From positions 10,230,001 through 10,294,000 of the forward strand of contig CP075495.1 in assembly GCA_021613535.1 (NCBI GenBank): DNA of 64,000 nt, read 5' to 3'. Both the position numbers and the translations under genes were made by a program. The notes under the pieces were generated by a model. That model did no database searches. It saw only the letters and a program-made list of their open reading frames with translations, and was not told where the DNA came from. Position 1 is the first letter of the stretch; every line of letters begins with the position of its first letter. Positions 25,828-37,866 of the stretch are shown in pieces. This stretch comes from Adineta vaga. Taxonomy: Eukaryota; Animalia; Rotifera.

Positions 25828-28800
25828 CTATACAGCATAACCATAGTATGGATCCTCATTAGAATTAAACAGCAGATTCGCTTCCAACTCGACTTGGTGG
25901 TCGTTGGATTGATAATGACGATCCCTTGTCCGCAATGCCGACGTCGGTACTCTACACGAAATTATAAATTTTAAATTATCTTATTAAAATCATTGCAAAT
26001 GATAAGCTGTAGATGTAGGCATTAAACAAAAGGGCATGGATCAGAAGTGCGAATGCAAATTCAAGCAGATTATCTTACCGATCATCACGCGCTGATAACC
26101 GTGATGGCTAGAGATAGATATAGAGAGAAATATAGCAACTGAATGTCATTAATGACAGAAAACTTCTTCGCTTTGACATTTCATTCAAATAAGACTTTAG
26201 GTTTTAACTTACCTTTGATCTGGCTAATGTTTCACGTGATAATGTTCGTTTTTTCAATCGATCGAATACAGAAGCAAGAGCACTTTCATGACCACCATGA
26301 TAATAATGAACTTTCTTTCGATTTTGCTCTAGCAAAGGTCCCCATTTCTGTTCAGGATTGATCAATACACTAGGTGACTAAAAACGATAATTAATCATGA
26401 CATTAAATTAAATATGCAACAAAATCTATCATTTGTATATTCTTACGTTTCGATCGATAAGAACAAAATGTATAATAGCATAGAGAGCATATAATACAAT
26501 TCCAGACAAAATTAAAGCTGTCAAACCCCAACCAAGTTTATATGTCCAAAGTGGAAAATAATACTTTCCAAGTGTAAGTGGTGGATAATGAATTGATGTG
26601 AAAATAATTAATGCCTAAATAATTCGAATCTGAGAGAAACAAAACATGAATTTCTTATTTGACATACCAAAATTAATAATGGTGTAATAAATAGCCAACA
26701 TATTTTAAAAAGAGGAAAAAGTCGTACACCCCAATCTTTTTCACCAAGCATTACTTTTATATCATCACGGAAATTATTACATCCTAGAAATATCAAACAA
26801 AGCAATAGAGTAAAAAAATAGAACATTGGCTTTCTTCTTCTATAGATAATATTAATGAAATACGAACCGTATACATAAGCAATACAAATACATTCGAGAA
26901 AACCGATAACAAATGCTGGATATGAGCCAGTAAATTGATCTAAAAATGTTATCCAATAGAGACCAGCCTAGAAACAAAAATATATAAATCAGATTTAATA
27001 AGAATTCAATCTCTTGTTATTCTTTTACATCAGTACATAAAAGAAGACCAAGTCCAAACATTGTTATACAAGTAACAAGTGTAAGTAATGAACTATATCG
27101 ACGTAATCCATGAATTTGATCGGTTATAACAACAACAATTGTTTCGATACTAGCAAACTAATATATATATATAAAAGAAATCTTAATCATTTCAAAGAGC
27201 TTTATCAAAATATTTCATCTATTACCACAGAATCTAAACCAAGTAAAATAAGCATTAAAAAGAATAAAATTGACCATAACGGTGCTGCTGGAAGTGTTGT
27301 TACTGCATAGGGATAAACAATAAATGCCAAACCAGGACCTAAATATATAATTTATGTCATTGAACGACAAGTCAATCACCTAGTTACCTTCAGAAACAAC
27401 ATTTTCAACATCTTGCCCAGTTATATACGACAAATAACCAAGATATGCAAAGATAACAAATCCGGCAAATATTGAAGTGAGAACATTAGCAAAAGAGACA
27501 ACCAATGCATTTCTATAAATATTCAAAACAAAAATTGCATCATTTCTTGCCATATAAATATTTACGCGAGTGTTTTCTGATTAAATTTATTATAACTTGA
27601 AAGTGTAATTAAACCACCATATGCAACTGATAGAACGAAAAAGATTTGATTTGCTGCATCATTCCATACACGTTGATCAGCAAGACGACTAAAATCAGGT
27701 TTGATATAGAAATAAATTCCTCGTGACATGCCAGGTAATGTCCAACCACGAATACCAAGAATAAGAAGGATAACATATGGAAATATTGAAGTAAAATATA
27801 CAACCTAGATAAATAAATAAAAGTCATTTTATTTCGTTTGAATTCATAAGCAATGAGAAAAGGTAATTTGAGAAAGCAAGACGACCGATCATAAGCATGA
27901 GAATATTCAATCAAAAGGAAATTTTTTGAATTTAGCAGGCACAAATGACCCATACATCATAAATACTTACACAAAATCTTAACTAAAAAATGATCATATC
28001 ATTCGAAATGAAATATCTATCAATTAAAAATCAGTCTATTTTCTTACTTTTCCCGAAAGTTTTATTCCACGACAGAGACAAGCAAAAATCAGAACCCATG
28101 TTCCTAATAAACTCAATACAAGTGGCCATTCCATTGTTGAAATATCACCCATACCAGTTGATTTATTCAATATATAATTACTAAAAGACGATAAAATAGA
28201 ATTCATCCTATATAAACAATAAAACTCGTTTGATTTACTTGAAATAATCATCTGATGGTAGAACAGGTCTTTTAAATTGTAATCGTTTTTCAAGATTCCA
28301 CCAACCAATAGTAATAGATGTTTTACCTTGTGCATCCCATAGATAGCAACGACCATTTGGATCTCGGAAAGTATTCTCGTAATTACAAGGCGTTAGAAAA
28401 GAAGTAAAATTATCCGTACAATCTATAAAATCAAGATGTTTATTGAATCTATTATATGTCACGTCATACTTAGTCCAGCCCATGGTGAATTACAAGTTGC
28501 CCATTCAAGTTTCGAACGAAATGATAATACAAAATACAGAATTGAATAAGCCACTAACATAGCATAATACACCGTCATAAAAAATGACATGATACACATG
28601 GATATACCAAGACCTCAAAGAAAAGATAAAGAAGATTAATGCAATTGAAGTTTTGAACAGAAAAAGTTACCTTTAAAAATAGGAGCCATTCTCCAACATT
28701 GAAATGGACTTTGAGAAGTAAATTGTCCAAGACTGACTTCAAGATAAAATAATGGAATACCAAGAAAGATTAGAAAGATAGCATATGGTATGAGAAAAAC

Positions 28801-30176
28801 ACCTAGAAATAAGAATGAAAATAATTGAATAATTTCTTTTCTATTCTTTACCTCCGCCATTTCGATAACATAAATATGGAAAACGCCAAATAGCACCAAG
28901 ACCAACGGCGTAACCCAAACTTGAAAAGAAGAAATCAAATCGACCTGACCATTCTTCACGATGTGCTTTTTGATCTAAATTTCCACTTTGTGATGTTTGA
29001 TTAACACGATTTTTTCTTGGAGCTGGTACAGGTTCATTCTATTGATCAATAATATATATAATATGATAAGAAAAAGAAATTGAATTACCTCTGTATTACG
29101 TTCAGGAGTTATTTTCTCTGTACCAAATGGATATTCAGATACATCTCGACTTAAATCATAACCATGATAACTTAAATTTGGATCATATTGTGGATATGAA
29201 TTAACATAGATTTGTTGAATAGGACCACCACCATCAACGTTATATGAAGTTGTTGTTGATGAAGATGTTTCATCATTTGCTGGATGTTGTTGTATACCTC
29301 CTCGTGGATCATATGAGGTACCATTTGAATTGTGTATCTATATGAAATCATTCCAAGATTTAGATCAATTCTATTCGTTATAATCTCATATGAAAAGAAA
29401 TCTTTTTTTCTCTCTAAAGAAATGATTATATCTTTCGTTTTTCAGTCTCTACATAATTATTTTCAAAATTATATAGTTCGATTAAATCTTAGTTCAACTG
29501 ATTTCTCTTTCTTTCTTTTTGAATATATTTTTTTATCATTGTAATTCAATATTTTGTTCATATGTAATCTTAGATGAGTTTTATCACTCGTTTGTTAAAC
29601 AAAATGAATAAAGTCAAGATTAATTAACAAAAGAACATATAAACAGTGAAATCGAATTGTATCCAACTACATAGATACAATTATTCTTATTTTTAATGAA
29701 GAAACCAAACTAATCTAATATGTTCTAGTCTCATTATGATAAAAACTAGACTTGTATGTTTTTTTTCCATCGTACATTGTTTAGTTCATCAATCTTGTTC
29801 AAATATAATTTGATGATATATGAATTCAATGTTATTTCTTTAAATTTAAAGAGGAATCTTTTGAATATAATAAAATGTGAAGTTCAATAAAAAAAAGAAG
29901 ATATGATGTAAATATCATAACTTTGATCTATAGAAAGAGATCGATTACTTATCAAGAATAGTATTTATGTCAAGCGGATATTATTTCTCAATTCTATCAA
30001 TAAATATTTGTACTGATTATTTGGTTTTTTTCCTCCTTCTTTCATTCTTCTTCTAATAGGTAGAATTTTCAAGGTTAAAACTATTGAAATAATACAATAC
30101 AATTTCATTTTCTTACCTGATTCGACCCTTCACCTGAGAAGTCTTGTTTCAATGGATTAAGATTGTGCATATTCAT
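25828..30176 (-). CDS. SLC6 Na+/Cl- dependent neurotransmitter/amino-acid transporter (glycine/proline/ATB0-like branch), multi-exon
   Basis: [83 protein letters not shown] and P..WGP tail. Two possible C-termini (stops at 25865 or 25828). Confidence 0.95.
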
Positions 30177-31517
30177 TTCTGTTTATACAAATCAAAACTA
30201 ACTGTCCTCAACTGATCTATATATGCATATGCATGAAGAAATTCATTTACTAGTTTGTATTCATACGACAGTTTTCTCTTTCATTCCTCTCTCTCCTGTG
30301 TCCTAGTGGTCATTTTCTTTCTTTTTCTCTTTTTCGGATGGTCACATACGTATGTATATATACACGTTACTTCTAACGTGCGTCTACGGGTCATGTTATT
30401 CATACGAGAATGAAGAAAAAACAGAAAATGAACTAAAAGGACGATTGAACTGTGTCACTAGGCTATATTTTTTGCATACCTGTCGATACATCACCAATTG
30501 CTTGTAGAAGTATGTTAGAACCAAATTGATAAAGGACAAAAAAACCACAAGACCAAAAATGATACTATCAGACTAGACGAATGAGAAAGATTTTTTTTCT
30601 ATATAACTTGTTTTTTTTTCTCTTTTTTCTTTTCTCTCTATTAACTTCACAACACATGCACACATTATGTACATGTAGGCACGAAATTGGAGGACACGTA
30701 GGTAATATGAAGAGAAAGAGAGAGAGAGAGAGAAAAAGAAAAGATGACTATTACTTCCAATCTACAACAAGGAGGATTTTTGACATTTATAACATTAAAG
30801 AATAAGTATGAGTAAAAAAAAAGCAATTCAAAGATATGACGTGCTCGTCTGTTTAATATAACAAGATGTTATTTTATCTTAAGAGAAACGTTTTTTTTTG
30901 TGTTCTTTGATGAACAACTGCAACAATAAAACAATCAAAATTTGACCTCGAGTATTGTTCGTGCATTGAGAAATACTCTTTTATGCAATTCTTTACTTCA
31001 AAGCATTAGTCTCAATACAAATTATTGCTTAATAGATTCTATTTTTAGCCTACAATATAGCAGACATTTATTTTATACAATTATAATCAAGGTAATAGTA
31101 TATGAGTCAATATTAAATACTAAATTACAAATAAAAAATTGCATGTTTTTTGCTTTCTATTGAAATGATTCATTTGCATTGATTTTTAGTAAACTGTAAG
31201 TATAAATGACATGTAAACTCTTATAGTTTTATGACTGATAATATATAAAATAATAAAAAAAAGCGAAAGAATATTTCTTCTAATTCTCAATTGCCTATGA
31301 TGTTTTATTAACAGAAAAATGATACTTTTTTATCACCTGATATAAGATTGTAATTGATAAGTAGTATTGACGTATTCTTTGAAATTACTGAATCAAAACA
31401 TAATGTTACGCAATTACTACTCGTTTCATGACACATCATTCTGTTATTTTTCTAAAAGACTATAGAAATGTACGTATAAATAACGAGAATCGAAGACGAG
31501 TAAATATATTATTTACG

Positions 31518-32360
31518 ATGTATCCGTTAACAACTATGAAAATTTTAAACAATCGTTTTACTCTCACTGGTTATTCACGTGCTGGTGATGCAACTAGTAT
31601 ATTTATACCTGAAATGGATCTGGTTTTAGATGCTGGTACAGTTGCTACTTCAACGAAAGTTCGACGTCTTTTTGTTACACATGGACATGCTGATCATTCG
31701 TTACAAATTCCTTTGCTATATTCAGCTTCTTCACAAGTGCCTTTGGATATTTATGTACCTTCACAATCAGTCTCTTATTTTAATGCTTTTTTAACGAGTG
31801 CACAGATGCTCAATGATCAAGATGATGAGAAAGCACTTGAAACATGTGCTAAACGTTATACATTACATGGTGTATCAGATAAACAGATAGTTGATTTAGA
31901 CAAATCATATCAAGTCGAAATTATTACTTGTCATCATACTATTCCATCAGTAGGTTATGCATTTTATGAAAAACGTAGTAAATTAAAATCAGAATATGCA
32001 AATCTTTCTGGTAAAGAAATTCAAGAATTGAAAAAACAAGGAATTGATATAACTGAACAAGTATCTATACCATTATTTGCTTTTCTTGGTGATACAACAC
32101 CTGATGTATTTACTGCTGGTTCGAATTCTGCTCGTGTCTTAATCGAACAAATGCCTGTAGTTATTTGTGAATGTTCATTTTTAGAGGGTGAACAAACAAA
32201 TGCTAAAGGACATACGTATTGGAATGGTCTTAAACCTATCATTGAGAAACATCCTCAGATAACATTTATTCTCATTCATTTTAGTTTGAAACATAAACGA
32301 AATGAAATTGAAACATTTTTTAACAATGAATCATTGAAAAATGTCATACCATTCATTTGA
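31518..32360 (+). CDS. Short-form TM-type tRNase Z (RNase Z), metallo-beta-lactamase fold, intronless
   Basis: GYSRAGDATS, LDAG, THGHADH, HTIPSVGY, short flexible arm KLKSEYANLSGKEIQELKKQG, AFLGDT, ECSF, GHT and LIHFS. Likely start is ATG 31518; the ORF is open from 31428. Confidence 0.88.
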   Translation: MYPLTTMKILNNRFTLTGYSRAGDATSIFIPEMDLVLDAGTVATSTKVRRLFVTHGHADHSLQIPLLYSASSQVPLDIYVPSQSVSYFNAFLTSAQMLNDQDDEKALETCAKRYTLHGVSDKQIVDLDKSYQVEIITCHHTIPSVGYAFYEKRSKLKSEYANLSGKEIQELKKQGIDITEQVSIPLFAFLGDTTPDVFTAGSNSARVLIEQMPVVICECSFLEGEQTNAKGHTYWNGLKPIIEKHPQITFILIHFSLKHKRNEIETFFNNESLKNVIPFI

Positions 32361-32620
32361 TACATTTCTAATAAAATATTATTATTGATCGAAAGTTTTG
32401 TAAGTTTAATGTTCATTCTGTTAAATCTTGTTTGTTCACAAACAACAAAAAAGAAGAAGATGATGAAGACAATATATAGGTAAACATTGTTTTTGTTCCG
32501 AGATTGCGTAAGAGAAGAGAAGAGAAGAGAAGAAAAACAGATAATATAAAGAAAATAATGTTGAAGTAAACGAGAGAAAGACGAACGGGTTAAGTCGTTC
32601 AACTCGATTTAGAAATTCAT

Positions 32621-35600
32621 CTAAATATTTTGATCTTTCCATCGTTCATCTGAATCAATTACTTTATTATTTGAAGCAAGTCGTTGTGGAGGAGATACAG
32701 CACTATTCGAACCTAGTCGTTTATTTGTTGATTGTTCAATAGCAGGTCCACCATTTGCATCTTCTTCGTCTTCAAAATCTTCATCATAATTTCTATTTTA
32801 TATGAAGAAAAAAAATCAATATAAAAACTTAAAATTCATATGTTTCTTCACGTGAACTTACATATCATCAAGATTATCATTCGCGCCATCTTCATGTGTT
32901 AAATTATCATATTCAGATTCTGCAAATTTCACCCAATCGGATACATCAGGAGAATCAGGGTCCTAGATATATTCATATGGAATAAATTCATTACAAAAAA
33001 GAAAAAGGGAAGAAATTGTTACTTTGATATTTGAAAAAGGATCTTTTTGTTCATTATCAAGATATTTTTCCAAATTGAAAAATGTATCAAAGAAAACATT
33101 TGTTAATTTACATCGTTTTAAATCTTTTAAACGTATTTTATGATCTACTTCTGGTTTAACTAAATCAAGCATCTAAATTCATATATATATATATATTATA
33201 CAAATGATTGTCGTATTATTCAATTTCAACCTACTTGACATATACAATCTTCGAATGGCATATATTCAATACCATAGATTTCCATTTTATGTACTTGTTC
33301 TTGATAGAAATAATCTAATTCAAACATTGATAAAATGCCATCACCATCTAGATCCATGCAACGAAACCAATATTCAATACTGAAAAAGGAATAGAATTGA
33401 TGAATAAGCAAAAGAAAATGTTCGTATAAAAATACCTTGTAGGTGAACGTTTATCTTCTTCGGAAATGAGAAACCAAACAAATTCATAATAAGACATTTT
33501 TCCTTCTTTCATATTCTGACTACTAGAAAAAGTAAAATCGAGGTTCATTTATTTTCTATCGAAGAAAAAAAACGTTTTCTCTTACTTTGATACAGCACCA
33601 GAAAAAATTCGATCGATCATTTTATTTGAAATAGCTAAAAAGAATGAATATTATTTAATTTGTTAAAATCTTGCAATAATTACATACCGCCATTGTTATG
33701 TTTCGCTAAATCATCTCGACTTATTAATAAATCATGATCAGAATCCAATTCCCAAAATTTACAATAAATTACATAAAAATGTTCATAAGAAAAATAATCA
33801 TGAATACGATTAATATCTTCTTCTTCTTCGATTCGATCGAGAGTCTAAATCAAAATAAAATCTTAAGTAGATCATGTTATGATATACATATTCATTGTCA
33901 TTCTTATCATAAATCATTACAGTTACAAGTACATCTTCAAACTTATGAAAACTACTTGACAGTTATGATTGTTTCTTTAAGAAAGATTTCTTACCCAAAG
34001 AAAATTTGATCGACGTAATTCTTGTACAGTTAATTTACCTGACCATGATCTATTACAATTATAATAAATTCGTGCAATAACTGTTTTGATATAACGTGAA
34101 TGAAATTCTCGTGCTTCACGAAGAAATTTTAGACCAGGATGTGTATCAATAATATCTTGAATTAAATAATCCCAATCATCAACAGTTACATATGAACGAT
34201 TCGTTGTTAAAGTTGATGGAGATGATAGTGCGAGAATTTGAACAAATTTCGATGCATTATCATGATGAGCTTTATATATTCTAAGGAGATAGAAAGATAA
34301 AGATTGAGTATGAAATTGAATTAAAGATTTCTATTACTTTTTCCAGAATGTTTCAAATTGTGAATATGAAACAGTTGTAGTTGGTGTTATTGTGCTTTTT
34401 GATCCTAATGAATCTTGTATACATGCACGAAATAATGGTGATTTCCAATATAAACTTAAATCAATTAACTAGAACAAAAAGAAGGAATCGATTTTTCGTT
34501 TAATTTATTTTCTTAATGAAAATATTTTACCTGTGCGAGTCTACCAAAATCTTCGAGCTGTAGTTTATCTTGTTTTGGAAGAAAGATTTCTTCTTTAATT
34601 TGACGTAATTGTGTATTTAATAATGCATCTATTGAAGATACAGTTGTTGTTGGTCCATTAGGAAAATAAAATTTTGGAATATCTACAACTGATTTCGGTG
34701 TTTCATCAGGTTTAATAATGGATGTTGATATTGGTGATGATTCTTTGACAGGTGGTACTGATTTTGTTGGAGTAAGGATTGGTCGTATAACATTATCTGC
34801 AGATACTGATGAAAGTGGTGATTTAGCTCTCGATGGAGTTTTAGTCGTTGTAATTGTTGGAGAATGTTCAATACTATCAAATTGTTCACGTAGTGAAGCA
34901 ACACCACTACTTGTTGGTTTTGGTGATGAAGGTGTTGGAGATAGTTCACGAATATTCGTTGAAGAAGATTGTGTATTTGTTTGCAAAACAGGTGTTTGTT
35001 GATTTGATTTGAATGTTGTACCATTTGATGGTGTCGTTGTAGTTCGATTTGAAATAACATTTGTTGAAGTCGATGGTGATGATGGTACAGGTTCTGATTT
35101 GGCTAATTGAGGAGGAGAAATTTTACCTCCGGCAATCTATGAAAATAGAAGAGTAAGAAAATAAAGAATGAAGAAGATTTTGCAAGCAACTCGGGTGTAT
35201 GAACTAAATTTTATCGTAGATTCTTCTACGATGGATTGTTTATAGGGTAAAGCAAGCTAGGATGTTATTCATGCAACTACCTCAGGAATGAAGAAAGCCG
35301 ATCGATGTTGCTGATCGGAAATCGCAGTAGGTGATCCTATTATTGCTTGTGGTTTCAGTGGCCATATAGCCTCTGGATTGGTAAATTTTTGTCGAATTTG
35401 TTGTTGAATATGCTGCTGTATTTGTTCAGCTGGATAACGTTTTTCAAAAACAAAATTGATATGCGATTTGGGAATCTTCGGTGATATCGATATACGTGCC
35501 AATGGTGTCGAAACCGGTCGGCAAAAGCCTGTATGGATTTAAAAAGATGTGTTTTTTATCGGTTTTTTTTATTTAATTTTCTTCTTATCCGACTCGAAAA

Positions 35601-37463
35601 AACGAGATAGATAATGAAATGAAAAATAAATCTTTAAATATATATATATATATACTATCTTTCTACCTTTATGAATAGCATCACAATAACGGCCATAATA
35701 TCGACACTGTTCACAGAAATGTATTGCCCGTCGGCGTTTTTGATCGATTCGAATGTTGAAATAAACTTGAGTGGTGGATCGTACCACCTGGCAAGGTACA
35801 CTAGTCACTGTCATACTCTATTACATCTAGAGTATAAGAGGAACCATCGTCTTTATGACTTTCGTTTGCGTCGCTTTCTCATATACAAGCATATAGAACA
35901 AATTGTTTCTTTTTACTTGATTCAGTTTGGCTCATTCCACCTATTCTCTCTTTCTTTCGTATACATTCTCTTTTTAATGCTTTACACTTGTGATAAGCTG
36001 TATATGTACGTCGACGAACCGCAAAATCGACAAGAGTGCCGACTCACCTCTTACATACTACTTCATTTATGAGTCGAGAGAGAAAAGAGTTGAAAGAGCG
36101 AATCGGCCAGAGATGAAAGTAGAAAAGAAAAAATAAACAAAAATGAAGAAAAAAAATTCGAGCGTATACTCGGAATAAAAACAACGATCGGTAGGATGAA
36201 AGTAAAAGAAAGAAGGAGAGGAAGAGTAAGAGAGAAAAAGAAAATGAATAACTATGTGAAGTATCTAGTCCGTTTTTTTTTCGAATATGCCAACAATCAT
36301 AGTCTATATACTGATATCAAATACCAATGTATGACTAATCAATGTGTAGGTGGCAAAACAAAATAGACATACATGTATTTAACTGAATGTGTAAGATGCA
36401 AATTTGAAGAGTCTAATATTATTTGTTACATAGACATCTCTTCTCAATGAGAACAAAATATAAATATATGAAATTTCAATAGTATAATAAAGAGAAAAAA
36501 AATGATAATGTACTTATTTTTATTTATTGCAATCTACTCTATGTATATATTTGGTCTCTTTGTCTTCTTGACGACGAATAATTCCATGTTTATCTCTAGT
36601 ACTATAGATCTTTTTCTTCTCTACAAATACGCTTCTATCCACAATACCGATACACTAAATCAATAAACAACAAATAAGACGACTTTTCTCTTTTATTCCT
36701 TTTCTCGTTCTTGTTCTTTTTCTCATCTCTTCTATCATTCTGTCATCAAGAATACGTCTTTCTTGAGGATATCTTCGACAAATCGTCCGATGATATTGAC
36801 GAAAGATTTCTTTTTCTTTCATGTACAAAGCATGCGTGATGCAATGAATGCATGCTGAAGATAGCTACGGAGCAACAAAAAAAATTCCGGATCGTTCGAT
36901 GATATATTCCGTTCTTTTCTTTTCTTTTTCTTATATAGATACCAACAATTCTCTTGTTCCGAATAAGAAAAAGAACAACTTACTTGTTGTTGATCGACAT
37001 TATTACTAGTTATCGTTGCATTCAATGTACTAGTACTATCATTTAGAACGGGATATTTCTTCTTTAGCGAACGTTGTTTCCGTTCATCTCCCTGACCAAT
37101 CTGACCAGGAGTATATTCACCAGTTGATGGAATTGAAGATAATCCATTGCGTGGACTTGAAGCTGCTCGTGGAACAGGTGAAACAGGTGGCGAATCAAAA
37201 TGTTGTGGTTTAGAAAATCCACCACCACGCGTTATATAAATCTATATACAGAAAACAAAATAATATGATTTGTATCATGGAAAACAAAATATACATACCT
37301 TTGGATAATTGATAGGATCAGGCATTTTATTATGAGTTTGAACACTTTGTAAAGCAGTATAGAGTGCCGTTCGTGTATCTGTTAATGACAGCCATTGTAA
37401 AAATAAATCATTCACCATCTTTGTGACGGGTATGGATGTATTTGTTGTCGCTGTATTGTTCAT
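32621..37463 (-). CDS. PPP2R3: PP2A regulatory subunit B'' (PR72/PR130 family), multi-exon
   Basis: [11 protein letters not shown]-terminal motif, [46 protein letters not shown]-hand [15 protein letters not shown] and [12 protein letters not shown]. Confidence 0.95.
35281..35814 (-). CDS. Internal alternative first exons (35814-35667, 35528-35281) of the PP2A B'' gene
   Basis: ATG 35814. A phase-1 junction gives ...CDAIHK|GFCRPV..., and the phase-0 donor at 35281 matches the shared acceptor at 35136. Confidence 0.7.
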
Positions 37464-37866
37464 TCTGTAAATTTAATAATTATCACAAATTAAATGTACG
37501 ACATATATATGTATATGTATATCTATAACTAAAATATGGAATCGATGAGACAATATTGTTCTTTATTTTTCCTTTCATGTACATTTAACAATCATGTATT
37601 AAAAAACAAATTTTAAAATACAGTCATAGGTTTGTATTTTAGTGAGAGAGAAAGAGAACGGAAAAAGAAAGAAAACAAAGAATAACGTAGACGAAGAAAG
37701 AAAGGAAAAGAAAAGATAGTAGATGTGCGACATCCCCATGACAGTTTGTATTTATAAATCACTATGATCAGAGAAAAACAACAAAGGAATTAAGTTTAAA
37801 GCAGATTGCTTTACACTACACAAGTATTTATTAAAAGAATCACCAGAAAAACAAGAAAAGAGATGA

